IMG/VR virus record: IMGVR_UViG_3300038976_000013
Location: 1 to 39,327 of that record
Direction: 5' to 3' (one strand)
Source: a virus
Taxonomy: Duplodnaviria > Caudoviricetes
Length of the DNA stretch: 39,327 bases
The position numbers and the translations under genes were made by a program. This document shows positions 23,302-32,397 of this stretch, piece after piece. Position 1 is the first letter of the stretch; each line of letters opens with the position of its first letter. The notes beneath the pieces are model-generated. The model ran no database searches, was not told where the DNA came from, and saw nothing but the letters and a program-made list of their open reading frames with translations.

Positions 23302-25991
23302 AGCGAAACCCCTCTACCCTGCCAGAGCTTGACCGGTGTCCCGATGGGGATCACCTTGCGTACGTTGTTGATCGAGCGAATCACGGTGAGCGCCTGAGGA
23401 CTGGCCGCACCGACGATCGCCGTCACGCGCACCTGCTCACCGGCAAGATCGATATCCACCGGGAAGTCTGCGGGGTACGTCGCCGTGGTCGTGAGTAGCT
23501 GATACCCCGCCGCGGTGGCCACGGACAGCGCCGTATCGGTCGGGTAGTACGTCGCCGCGGTGGTGTTCCCCGCCGCTTCCAGCCGGTCCCCGTTGTTCGT
23601 CCCCTCGACCACCCACACACGGTATGGGTCGGCCCGCACGGTGTTCAACGTGACTTGCCAGGTCCGGCCGTCCGCACCCCACACCTGTGTCCAGCCCCGG
23701 ACCATGAGGTCCACATCGCCCTTGGCGTGCTGGAGCGGTGGGGTCGAGATCCGGACCACGTCACCAAGGATCGTCTGTCTCCAGTCGCCCACCATCTCTG
23801 GCCGGCGGAACAGGTCGAGCGTCACGGTGGGATACCGCTTTCCTGGCACCGTACCCAGCCCGACCACGAACGCGGCGTGATCGATCAGCGGCGCGTCGGT
23901 CGAGATGTTCGCGTCGATCTGCCCGTCGTACACACCCTTGGTCGAGTCGTACGCGGGATTGAGCGGATCCACCGACGGGTCCAGGTACGTGGGGGACGAC
24001 GCGCCACCCGGCCGGCTGGCCGTCACCGAGTTGCGCCGTTTCTGGTCGTCCCGGACCGGCACGAACGGCAGGAACAATTCCCGATCGGACCCGTTCACGA
24101 TCAGCGACGGTGCTTGGTTGTATAGGTCGGCCAGCATCCGGTACCCCACGGTGCCGAGGTGATCGGTCAGGATGCCGTGACCGGTCGTCTCACAGTCCCG
24201 GAATACCTCCAGCGCACGGTTGACCGGCTGGAGTCCCATCAACGGGCCAGTCGGCTCCAGCAGTCGCGCTTCATCGATCCAGAGCACATTGCCGGCGGCA
24301 GGATGAGGGGCCTGGCTGTAGATCGCGATACGACCGAGCGTGGCGGTACCCGGCGGCACGCTCAGGGCCAACGTCTCCAGCTTGGTCCAGACCCCGGCCG
24401 GTACGTTGACCAACTGCCCGTTGCTGGTCGAGATGAACGTCGGTGTGCTGGTGTACCAGTCGATCCCGATCTGATACTGCGTGGTCGCCGTCGAGTACAC
24501 CCACGCCGATACCCCGTAGGTCAGGCCCTGGACTACGGCGCACCGCTCCGAGGTCGCCTGCACCTGGCCGGCCCCGGACGGGGTCAGCGTCATCGACTGC
24601 TGGCCGTCGTGTGCCCGTACGGTGCTCAGCGCCACCGTGCCGGGGGCCAACCCGCCGTTGGTCCACGGGTCGATCGTGATGCCTTCGAAATACGGGTTCG
24701 CGTTGATCGCTCCGCCGCGGACCGAGACCGGGATCTTCTCTTCGGTACCGATCCGACTGATCCGGTCCTGGACCTGCTCTCCGACCCAGCCCCGCCCACC
24801 GGTGTACGTGACGGCCGGCGTGGGGGTGCTGTAGACCGCGACCTCTCCTACCGCGATCGAGTCGACCGGTACGAGCAGTGCGGCCACGGCGGGGTCGAAC
24901 GTCTGGTAGTCCCCGAGATGGATTGCCGATGGCTGGCCGGCCACGACGAACGTGGCGTTGGTGTCCGTGTCCCGAAGTACCCCGTCGTAGTACAAGGTCG
25001 CCGTGACCAGCACACCGGAGGTCTGCGCGAGGCAGTACCGGACGTGATGCCAATCGCCATCCATCGACCGTGCGACGCCGGCCGTCACGGTGGAGAACGT
25101 CGTGGTCCCGCCGGGATGGTTGGCCTGAACGTAGAACTGCTCGGTCCCGTCACTGAAGTGCGACGCGATCGCCTCGAAACCGTAAATGTAGTTTCCAGAT
25201 GATGCCGGAGCGCTACCGAACGTCCCCGTCGTCTCCCACCGGAGCACACCAGCGGTCGTGCTGTTGAGCTCGGTCTTGCGGTGGATCCGGAACCAGAACT
25301 CGATCGTGTATCCGAGACCGGTCGGAGTGATGTTGAGCGGCGCGTTCAGTGACCCCGCGTACGCATCCGGACCCATGAATTGAGGGAACCGGCCAGGCGA
25401 CCCCGCCCACCCCTCGACCGATCCGAAGTCGACCGTCCCGTTCACTGTGAGCGGAACTCCGCCGACCAGGTTGGACGGGATGAACGTCGACTCCGTGCCG
25501 GTATCGCACGACCAGTACGCGACCGGTCCCGCCTGGAGGATCGCGCGCTGAGCAGGCGTCTCAAACGTCCGGCCCTGACCCATGCGTCTGAACAGTCCGC
25601 CGGCCGTCACGCGGGTGACCTTCAGGTGCGGCGTGCCGGAGATCCATTCGTCTTCCAGAGAGCCGACGTACGCGACGTGTTCGACGTGCCAGCCGGTCCC
25701 ATCCCACGTGTTGGTGGAGAACCGGACCGGGCAATCCACGTCGAAGTAGGGGTACAAGTCAGATTCCGGGTTGTCCGAGACGTACCGGCCGAACATGTCC
25801 CGGAGCGTGAACGTCAATTCCGAGTTGGTCTCTGATGCCTCATCTTCGGCGCCGATCTTGGACACGACCGGATCGGTCTGATACAGATCGTCCGTGACCT
25901 CGATCCACGGGTAGGTGGCGGGGTCGGCTCGGAGATCGGCGCGCGGCGCGATCTCGATCCGCCGGCCGAGTGGCCGCTCCGGGTACGTCAT
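23298..25991 (-). CDS. Minor tail protein with LamG/concanavalin-like and carbohydrate-binding (CBM4/9-like) domains
   Basis: Follows the tape measure gene. PVAYW, TIEFWF, DGDWHHV and LYYDG indicate LamG; NANPYFE...RAHDGQQSM...WIDEARL indicates a CBM. Confidence 0.85.
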   Translation of the reverse strand: MTYPERPLGRRIEIAPRADLRADPATYPWIEVTDDLYQTDPVVSKIGAEDEASETNSELTFTLRDMFGRYVSDNPESDLYPYFDVDCPVRFSTNTWDGTGWHVEHVAYVGSLEDEWISGTPHLKVTRVTAGGLFRRMGQGRTFETPAQRAILQAGPVAYWSCDTGTESTFIPSNLVGGVPLTVNGTVDFGSVEGWAGSPGRFPQFMGPDAYAGSLNAPLNITPTGLGYTIEFWFRIHRKTELNSTTAGVLRWETTGTFGSAPASSGNYIYGFEAIASHFSDGTEQFYVQANHPGGTTTFSTVTAGVARSMDGDWHHVRYCLAQTSGVLVTATLYYDGVLRDTDTNATFVVAGQPSAIHLGDYQTFDPAVAALLVPVDSIAVGEVAVYSTPTPAVTYTGGRGWVGEQVQDRISRIGTEEKIPVSVRGGAINANPYFEGITIDPWTNGGLAPGTVALSTVRAHDGQQSMTLTPSGAGQVQATSERCAVVQGLTYGVSAWVYSTATTQYQIGIDWYTSTPTFISTSNGQLVNVPAGVWTKLETLALSVPPGTATLGRIAIYSQAPHPAAGNVLWIDEARLLEPTGPLMGLQPVNRALEVFRDCETTGHGILTDHLGTVGYRMLADLYNQAPSLIVNGSDRELFLPFVPVRDDQKRRNSVTASRPGGASSPTYLDPSVDPLNPAYDSTKGVYDGQIDANISTDAPLIDHAAFVVGLGTVPGKRYPTVTLDLFRRPEMVGDWRQTILGDVVRISTPPLQHAKGDVDLMVRGWTQVWGADGRTWQVTLNTVRADPYRVWVVEGTNNGDRLEAAGNTTAATYYPTDTALSVATAAGYQLLTTTATYPADFPVDIDLAGEQVRVTAIVGAASPQALTVIRSINNVRKVIPIGTPVKLWQGRGVSL

Positions 25992-27913
25992 CCGCCGACC
26001 AGCACTGTCTGTGCGCTACCGCCCTGCACCCGTGCCGTCCCGCGCACTCCGCGCAGGATGCCGGTACCGCTGATGACGACGTGCACCGTGCCTCCACTCC
26101 CCCCGCCCGCGGCCCGGGCGAGCATCGACTCCAGTTGCGAGCGGGGTATGCCGTACTCGACCTCTCCGCCGTCACCCATGATGACCGGGGTTCCACCGGG
26201 GCGGGGTGAGACGACTCCGCCGCCGGCCAACCGCGGGATGTTCTGCATCGTGTTGATGTTGACTCCCGGGATGTGGTTGGCCGCTCGAATGACCGAGTTG
26301 ATCCCGTTGATCGCCGTGTTGACCAGCCCGATCAGGTTGTTGATCGCTCCCCGTGCCACGGACACCGCGTAGTTGAACGCTCCGATGATGATCGATCCGA
26401 TGGTCGTGAAGATTGACATGAACCCGTTGCGTAGCCAGGTGAGCGCACCGACGATCTGATCGAACGCCTTTTTCAGCGACGGAACGATGGTCCCGGTAAA
26501 CCAGTCAGCGACAGCCTGAGCAGCCGCCTTGATCCCGGTCCAGGCCCATTTCCAGAGGTCTTGGAACCAGGTGGTCTTGGTCGCGATCAGCACGATGACC
26601 GCGATCAGCGCGATGACGGCCAGGATGATGAGACCGATGGGGTTTGCCATCATGGCCACGTTCCACAACCACTGTGCAGCCGTGGCCGCACCGGTGACCA
26701 CGGTCCACGCTGCCTGGATCGCGGTCCAGGCTTTCTGCGCGGCGGAGATGGTGACCACGACCGCGGCCAGTGCGGCAATGCCAATCGCCAGCTTGCTCAC
26801 CCACGATTGGTTATCCTTGATCCACCCCACGGCCTTCATCAGTTCCGGTGCCAGGCTGGCACCGAAGGCCGTTGCTGTCGCGGTGACCTCGCGCTTCAGC
26901 GCAGCCATCTTCCCTGCTGCGGTGTTGCTCGCCATGTCTCCTGCCTTGTCAGCGGCGTTGGCGAAGTCACCGAGTGCAGCCGTGGCCGCCGATGGATCGA
27001 GCGCGAACAGGCTGTTTTGCAGGTCCTCGGCTTTGGTGCCGAACAACGCGACAGCCGCCGCGTTCCGAGCGACCGGGTCCTTCATCGCGCGCAACCGATC
27101 GAGTACCTGGTCCAGCCCTGCAGCTGCCGCCGGTCCGCCGGCAGCGAACACCTTGGTCATCTGCTTGGCGTTCAGCCCGATAGCCTTGAACCCCGCCGCG
27201 GATGTGGTCGAACCGTCCTGTGCCCTGATCGCGAACTCTTTCAGCGCGTCGGCCACGGTGTCCGCATCTCGCGCGCCGGCCAGCAGACCTTGGGATAGTA
27301 ATCCCATCGCCTGAGCACCGGTCAGACCGAGATCCCGGAACTGTGTCGAGTACTCGTTGAACGTCTCGACCAGGTCACCAGCCTTGTCAACACCGTGCTG
27401 CGCGCCGGCCGCGATGAGGTCGAACGCCGTCTTAGCGTCCGGCACCAGCCCGTTACGGATCATATTGCCCACGGCGTTGATCGACATCTGTACGTCGAGA
27501 CCGAACGTGTCGGCCAGGATGCTCGCCTGCTTGGTGAGCTCCTTCAGGCCTTCGGTATCTGAGGGGTCGATCAGGTTGGCTCGCTGGATCGCGGTCAGCG
27601 CCTCGCCGAGCGATGCCATGCTGGCGCCCCAGTTGTCGGCGTACAGCTCACCGGCGATCTTCCCGTACTTGGCCGCTTCCTTGGACCCCTGGCCGAGTTG
27701 GGCGGCCACCTTGGCGCCGACCGATCCCTGATCCAAACCACTCAACATCGCCGCACCGAACGCGAGTGCGGCACCGGTGCCGGCCAGGGCGAATATGCTG
27801 CTGAAGTTCCCGCCGGATTTCTTGGCTGATTTCTCCGAATCGTCAAGACCCTTTTCGAACTTTGAGGGATCCAGCTTCAGATCAGCGACAAGATCGCCTA
27901 CCTTCAGCGCCAT
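25988..27913 (-). CDS. Tape measure protein (641 aa)
   Basis: Ala/Gly-rich helical sequence with DLVETFNEYSTQFRDLG, DTVADALKEF, ANPIGLII and LAGGGVV motifs. Confidence 0.93.
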   Translation of the reverse strand: MALKVGDLVADLKLDPSKFEKGLDDSEKSAKKSGGNFSSIFALAGTGAALAFGAAMLSGLDQGSVGAKVAAQLGQGSKEAAKYGKIAGELYADNWGASMASLGEALTAIQRANLIDPSDTEGLKELTKQASILADTFGLDVQMSINAVGNMIRNGLVPDAKTAFDLIAAGAQHGVDKAGDLVETFNEYSTQFRDLGLTGAQAMGLLSQGLLAGARDADTVADALKEFAIRAQDGSTTSAAGFKAIGLNAKQMTKVFAAGGPAAAAGLDQVLDRLRAMKDPVARNAAAVALFGTKAEDLQNSLFALDPSAATAALGDFANAADKAGDMASNTAAGKMAALKREVTATATAFGASLAPELMKAVGWIKDNQSWVSKLAIGIAALAAVVVTISAAQKAWTAIQAAWTVVTGAATAAQWLWNVAMMANPIGLIILAVIALIAVIVLIATKTTWFQDLWKWAWTGIKAAAQAVADWFTGTIVPSLKKAFDQIVGALTWLRNGFMSIFTTIGSIIIGAFNYAVSVARGAINNLIGLVNTAINGINSVIRAANHIPGVNINTMQNIPRLAGGGVVSPRPGGTPVIMGDGGEVEYGIPRSQLESMLARAAGGGSGGTVHVVISGTGILRGVRGTARVQGGSAQTVLVGG

Positions 27914-27924
27914 TCCGCCCCTCC

Positions 27925-28251
27925 CTACTTGGTCTTGGTCTCAGGCTGGAGCGCGCGAGACAGCCGGGTATCCGCCGAGCACAGACCGATGATCCGGACG
28001 CGCAACCACCGCCACGATCGGTTACTCATCATCGTACGGTTCCCGACGTCGACGCCGGCATCCTGAAGATCCGCCTCGACCAGTGCCCACCGATCGAGGA
28101 TCACTTCCCAGGTGAGCCGGGGCGTCCCGATCGAGCGGTACCGGTCTTGTGGGATCTCGTACCATTCCCAGAGACCAGAGGCGGGGTCGTACCGCCCGCG
28201 GCCGTACTGGTCGACCCCGCCCGTCGCGCCGACCGGTTCGGCGCCGACGCT
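27925..28251 (-). CDS. Tail assembly chaperone, -1 frameshift extension (G-T product)
   Basis: Open -1 frame after the slippery C-CCA-AAA (28251-28257), encoding TWEVILDRWALVEADL...RSWRWLRVRIIGL.SADTRLSRAL and ending just before the tape measure RBS. Confidence 0.8.
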   Translation of the reverse strand, partial: SVGAEPVGATGGVDQYGRGRYDPASGLWEWYEIPQDRYRSIGTPRLTWEVILDRWALVEADLQDAGVDVGNRTMMSNRSWRWLRVRIIGLCSADTRLSRALQPETKTK

Positions 28252-28613
28252 TTTGGGTCGCCTCCCGAATTCCAGAACTGTTCAGCGAGTTCACGCGAAC
28301 CGCCGACCCAGATGAATGCGGTCTGGCCGACCATCCGGATTCGCTCCCATGAGACACCGTCCGCCTGTAGCTGGTCCCACACCGGACCGAGCAGGCGCAC
28401 GTACAGGTCGCGCTCTTCCTGGTCATCGAGTTCTTGCGGGAGGTTCGGGATGGTGTCCGGATCCCCGCCGTTGGCGATGCTGATCCCCGCGCCGAGCACC
28501 CGTTGACACCAGAGTCCGAGCGTGGCGTCCGGTGACGGGACACTGTATATCTTGGCGCCGATCGGGAGATCGAGCGAGTCGTGGAAAAAGTCGTCAAGGT
28601 CCTTGAATGGCAT
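28101..28613 (-). CDS. Tail assembly chaperone (170 aa)
   Basis: GGAGG RBS; FKDLDDFF..L.LPI..K.Y.VP; lies between major tail and tape measure genes. Confidence 0.85.
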   Translation of the reverse strand: MPFKDLDDFFHDSLDLPIGAKIYSVPSPDATLGLWCQRVLGAGISIANGGDPDTIPNLPQELDDQEERDLYVRLLGPVWDQLQADGVSWERIRMVGQTAFIWVGGSRELAEQFWNSGGDPKASAPNRSARRAGSTSTAAGGTTPPLVSGNGTRSHKTGTARSGRPGSPGK

Positions 28614-28636
28614 GGTTTCCCTCCCCGGGTAAGGCA

Positions 28637-28681
28637 CGACCCCGCCCGCGCGCCCGGGGAGGACGACGCGGGGCGGGGTCG
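28637..28681 (-). other. GC-rich hairpin after the major tail gene
   Basis: CGACCCCGCCC...GGGCGGGGTCG inverted repeat; no U-tract. Confidence 0.55.
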
Positions 28682-28695
28682 CACCGGTTCGTAGG

Positions 28696-29466
28696 TTAGA
28701 CGTACACCACGGCGTTGGTGGCACCGGTCGCGCTGGTGCCGGTCGTGTTCGTCACCGTGACGTTGTACGGGCCTGCCGCCTTGGCGGGGTACCGCGCGAC
28801 GATCCGGTAGCGGCTTTCCACGACCCACTCCAGGGCGTTGGTACCGGTCACCTTGACACCGGTGACAGCCGTGACGACGTTGTTGCCGTTGGCGTCCATG
28901 AAGTTGTCGCCGATGATGACGATCAGTCCGCCACCGGCAGCGAGCAGGCCAGCCGATGGCGTGACCGAGTTGACCACCGGGAGCGGGAGCGCCGCGGCGA
29001 CCGGGTTCGTGATGATGAGTCGGTCCGACTTGCCAGTGACCGTGACCGTGATGGTCTCCAGGTCCGTCTGACTTCCGCCGTCCGGTTCCCAGGAGACCTC
29101 ACCGAAACCGGAGAACGCCTCGATCCCGCCGTTCCGGTCGTACCACCGGATGTTGGCCACACCGGACGCGCCGAACGTGTAGCTCAGCGTGCGCAGCTTT
29201 TCCTGACCGGGGTCGTACGTGATCGCACTGGCCGCGTCGGTCCGGCGCACCAACTTGAACTCCAGCGACCAGGACAGCGCTGTCTTGGTCTGCCCTGTCC
29301 AGCCGCCGGCCTCATAGACGTTGTCGTCTTCCAGGTTCGGCGCGTTTGGAGACGGGGTGAGCTCCTGGATCCCGTAGATCGGAGTCCAGATCGGCACCGC
29401 CACGGTGCCCGTATTGATGTCAGCCTGCCACTTCCTGGCCAAAGTTGACTGTTGCGGTTGAGTCAC
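28696..29466 (-). CDS. Major tail (tube) protein with C-terminal IPT/TIG Ig-like domain
   Basis: LARKW..DIN, DPGQE.LR and IRWYDRNG motifs; C-terminal PVVNSVTPS...AAGG.LIVI.G.NF...VTVTN. Confidence 0.9.
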   Translation of the reverse strand: MTQPQQSTLARKWQADINTGTVAVPIWTPIYGIQELTPSPNAPNLEDDNVYEAGGWTGQTKTALSWSLEFKLVRRTDAASAITYDPGQEKLRTLSYTFGASGVANIRWYDRNGGIEAFSGFGEVSWEPDGGSQTDLETITVTVTGKSDRLIITNPVAAALPLPVVNSVTPSAGLLAAGGGLIVIIGDNFMDANGNNVVTAVTGVKVTGTNALEWVVESRYRIVARYPAKAAGPYNVTVTNTTGTSATGATNAVVYV

Positions 29467-29831
29467 TGGATCAGCTCCTTTGGCACCTGGATAGCAGCGA
29501 CGGACACGCCCGTAGCTGAGTAATCGATCAAGACAGTCCCGTCCGTCTGATTGTAGACAGACCGGGGGAACCGGCTGGTCAGTACGCGGACGGCCGTCAC
29601 GGATCCAATCCCCAGGGTGATCGTGAGGTCAGCGATCGCCAATCCGTCCACGGTGTTCGGGGTCTGAATCGTGATGGTTCGGCTAGCCGCGTTCGTGCTC
29701 AGGAACGCGAGAATCGTGTTTCCGTCGTTCACGAACGAGTGGCCGCCGGCAACCGCCGGAGTCATCGCCGCATCAGCGATCGAGATCCCGGACCGGGAAG
29801 CGACCAGCAGGGTCAGAGCGGTGTATGCCAT
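29463..29831 (-). CDS. Virion structural / decoration protein (apparent paralog of 34386-34766)
   Basis: Beta-rich; shares T.T., DL..T and F....Y.Q.DG....D motifs with 34386-34766. Confidence 0.65.
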   Translation of the reverse strand: MAYTALTLLVASRSGISIADAAMTPAVAGGHSFVNDGNTILAFLSTNAASRTITIQTPNTVDGLAIADLTITLGIGSVTAVRVLTSRFPRSVYNQTDGTVLIDYSATGVSVAAIQVPKELIQ

Positions 29832-29834
29832 GGA

Positions 29835-30290
29835 TCAGTTCCCCTGATTCGGTCCGGCGCGATTGACCTGCACGTAGTAGTTGGCGGAGCGCTCCCACCG
29901 GCCGAGACTGTCTTGACCCAAGTTCGTCCCGCTCTGCCAATACACCTGACTGACGATGACCTGGTTTGGTGCCGTGCCGAGCGTGGCACGGGTCAGCCCG
30001 TTCAGCGTGTCATACACCCGGTCACCGAGGTTGGCCGCGCCAGCGGGGTCATTCGGCAAACCCCGGATACGTACCTGGACACCGATCACCACATCGGTTA
30101 ACCCTGGCCATCCCGCCACGGGGTAGTCGGTCAGGCAAATGACCTGGTCTGGCGCCTGAGGCAGATGAATCGCCGAGATAAGCACCGAATCGGCCGGCGG
30201 GATCGCGCCCGGTGTCCACGTACCGATACCGGCGATCTCCAGTTTCTCGCCCAACCCCGCCAGCAGATCCCGCGTGAACGTGGCGGTCAT
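29835..30290 (-). CDS. Tail terminator (minor capsid 3-like)
   Basis: LP..PD.VI.LT.Y, VQVRIRG and LGQD..GRWE.SANY motifs; synteny. Confidence 0.85.
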   Translation of the reverse strand: MTATFTRDLLAGLGEKLEIAGIGTWTPGAIPPADSVLISAIHLPQAPDQVICLTDYPVAGWPGLTDVVIGVQVRIRGLPNDPAGAANLGDRVYDTLNGLTRATLGTAPNQVIVSQVYWQSGTNLGQDSLGRWERSANYYVQVNRAGPNQGN

Positions 30291-30646
30291 GACAGGGCTT
30301 TCTTGAGCTGTTTCTGGACCAACTTCGGACCGTCATCCTTGCTCGCGTTCATCGGATCTTCCAGGTATTTAGCCTTACGCCCACCTGGATGCTGAAATGA
30401 CATGTCCTCGTGCTGGACCACCGCATACGACTGATCGAACACGACGGTTGCCTCAAGGTTGTCCGGGCTTACCCGCGACGGGACGACAGCACCGGACCGC
30501 TCCAGTGTTCCCTCATCGTGTGGAACCTGTGCACGTGCCTGCTGGAGCACGTGCTCCGCCCATAGCTGAACACCGCGAGCAGCGGCCACGCGGGCGGCTT
30601 TTCCCACCGCTTCACCGTTCCACGTGACCTTGCCGCTCTGCGCCAT
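30287..30646 (-). CDS. Neck / tail completion protein (HK97 gp10-like)
   Basis: VP.DEGTLERSG, YAVVQHE and H..GRKAKYLEDP motifs. Confidence 0.85.
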   Translation of the reverse strand: MAQSGKVTWNGEAVGKAARVAAARGVQLWAEHVLQQARAQVPHDEGTLERSGAVVPSRVSPDNLEATVVFDQSYAVVQHEDMSFQHPGGRKAKYLEDPMNASKDDGPKLVQKQLKKALS

Positions 30647-30663
30647 GGTGCAAGTATGCCTGT

Positions 30664-31269
30664 TTAGGAACGGTCGTCGTACCTCTGCTCCCCCGGCTTG
30701 GCGATCTGTTCACCGGTTACCGGGTCCCACTCGGTTGGCGTACCCACGATCGCGTCGTGTGCCCTGGTCAGCCGGTCAGCTTCGGTGTTGGTGTCGGCAG
30801 TCAGCGGGGCACCTTCCGGACCCTGAGCGTCCTCGTGCGGCGCGTCCACGGTCTGTTCGTCGTAGCGCACCTGCTCCCCGTTCGCCGCGCGCTGGCTGAC
30901 CTCAGAGGACAGCCGATCCGGGGTGTTACGCGCGCCGCCAACATCAGCGGCACCGCTCGCCACACCCTGTCGCCGGTCCCACTCGCCCTGGCCACCCCCG
31001 CGCGGGCGCGCGGTGAACGCCTGAGTGCCGTTCAGGAAGGTGACAAGTAGATTGACGGTGTCGTCGGTGTGGACGTAGGTGATCTCGGCCGGCACCTGGT
31101 CGTTGACGCTACTGCCGAGCAGGGAGTAATTCGCCGCGTCCTGTGAGCTGACCCGGTACCAGACATGCTCACCCTCGGTCGCGGCGCGCGTCGGGTCATC
31201 GGTGTTGGGCACGGTTTCCGGGGACGGCGGGGTCACGTCCGGGTCGGGAGTGTTCTTAGTCTTGGCCAT
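30664..31269 (-). CDS. Hypothetical acidic protein (201 aa)
   Basis: ATG at 31269 lies 6 nt after TACCCT within a hairpin; core VPAEITYVH...VNLLV...GEW flanked by low-complexity sequence. Confidence 0.7.
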   Translation of the reverse strand: MAKTKNTPDPDVTPPSPETVPNTDDPTRAATEGEHVWYRVSSQDAANYSLLGSSVNDQVPAEITYVHTDDTVNLLVTFLNGTQAFTARPRGGGQGEWDRRQGVASGAADVGGARNTPDRLSSEVSQRAANGEQVRYDEQTVDAPHEDAQGPEGAPLTADTNTEADRLTRAHDAIVGTPTEWDPVTGEQIAKPGEQRYDDRS

Positions 31270-31307
31270 ACGGGCAGGGTACCCGCCCGTACGGCCAGAC
31301 ATTCGCG

Positions 31308-31457
31308 CTACTTTCGTTTTTGTCGATCCGCGTGGCTACCGGGAGGCGGGGGTTTCTTCCCGTGCCCTTCCCGAATGTCCTTTGTGAACACCTTGCCGGT
31401 TACCGGATCGATACCGGCAGCTTTACCGGTTTGCTTGAGTTTGTCCGTGAAACCCAA
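31308..31457 (-). CDS. Lys-rich micro-ORF C (49 aa)
   Basis: TTG start 1 nt after the ORF B stop; MGFTDKLKQTGK...KKPPPPGSHADRQKRK. Confidence 0.5.
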   Translation of the reverse strand: MGFTDKLKQTGKAAGIDPVTGKVFTKDIREGHGKKPPPPGSHADRQKRK

Positions 31458-31458
31458 C

Positions 31459-31614
31459 TCACTTTTTCTTTCTGCTCGAAACGGCCTGATGTTCGGGCGT
31501 TCGAGTCACCGTGCGGGGGTGCCCCTCTTCTCGGCGTAACTCGCGCTCCACCGCAGCGGCTCGATCAGCAGCCGCCGCAGCGTCTTTCCGGATGATGATC
31601 ATGTCGGCGCCCAC
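31459..31614 (-). CDS. Charged micro-ORF B (51 aa)
   Basis: MGADMIIIRKDAAAAADRAAAV...SRKKK; N-terminus similar to ORF A. Confidence 0.6.
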   Translation of the reverse strand: MGADMIIIRKDAAAAADRAAAVERELRREEGHPRTVTRTPEHQAVSSRKKK

Positions 31615-31616
31615 GG

Positions 31617-31739
31617 CTACTTTTTGTCGTCCTTGGGCTTGTTCCGCAAAGGCTCGGTGTTGGTCTTCTTGCCGACCTCGGACGCGCGCTTGCCCGCGTC
31701 CTTGGAGTCCTTACGGATGATGTCCTTGTCCGCGCCCAC
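31617..31739 (-). CDS. Lys/Asp-rich micro-ORF A (40 aa)
   Basis: GGAGGGAG RBS; MGADKDIIRKDSKDAGKRASEVGKK...KDDKK. Confidence 0.65.
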   Translation of the reverse strand: MGADKDIIRKDSKDAGKRASEVGKKTNTEPLRNKPKDDKK

Positions 31740-31780
31740 GAGTGCTCCCTCCCCGGATACAGTGTCAGCGGGAAGAGAGA

Positions 31781-32074
31781 TTACCTGCGCTTGGGCGGAG
31801 CGTCGACCCCGGCACGGACAAAGCAGTCCTTTGCCTCAACCAGCTTGTGCAGGCCCAGCATGATCTGCGGATCATCGTCCGGCAGCATGATCAGCAGGGA
31901 TACCGCGGCATCCTGGAACGGCATGAACAGATCTTGCAGATCAGGCCGCTTGTCCAGGTGGGAGCAGTCGAGCCACCGCAGAGCGGCCACGACCGAGGGG
32001 TGTCGGTTACCGAATTGTCGCTGAAGCGGCTTGAGCCCTGGAGCATCCGATACAGGACCGGTAGATTTCGTCAT
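31781..32074 (-). CDS. Small helical protein, Acb2/Tad1-hairpin-like (candidate anti-defence)
   Basis: RHP.V...L.W...HL...LQ....PF...A......LP...GLHKLVEAKDCFVRA pattern; ATGA-coupled. Confidence 0.5.
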   Translation of the reverse strand: MTKSTGPVSDAPGLKPLQRQFGNRHPSVVAALRWLDCSHLDKRPDLQDLFMPFQDAAVSLLIMLPDDDPQIMLGLHKLVEAKDCFVRAGVDAPPKRR

Positions 32075-32394
32075 TCCAGAACGATCTCAAGGTGGTCCGG
32101 GGTCGGCAACCCTGCCCCGTCCCTCCGAAGAGCCTGCATCACCGCAGTCACTCGTCCGTCCGGCAGGGTCACGCGCGATTCGGCCGGCGCGACGGTCTCC
32201 AGCGGGGCATACGCGGTCGAACTCGACACCACCTGAGCACCGGTGCCGGCATCCCGGACCATCCGCACCTTGGCGTCCAGGAAACACCGGACAGTGACGG
32301 CCGGCCCGTAGAACGACGCACCGAAGCTGTCAGCGCCCTGGTACGGCTCGATCGCAATCGTGTGCCGGAGCAGCCAGCGGGGAACGGAGCCCAC
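32071..32394 (-). CDS. Head-to-tail stopper
   Basis: LLRHTI.IEPY.G, RMVRD..G.QVVSS, ESRVTLPDGR and PDHLEI motifs. Confidence 0.85.
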   Translation of the reverse strand: MGSVPRWLLRHTIAIEPYQGADSFGASFYGPAVTVRCFLDAKVRMVRDAGTGAQVVSSSTAYAPLETVAPAESRVTLPDGRVTAVMQALRRDGAGLPTPDHLEIVLE

Positions 32395-32397
32395 GGA

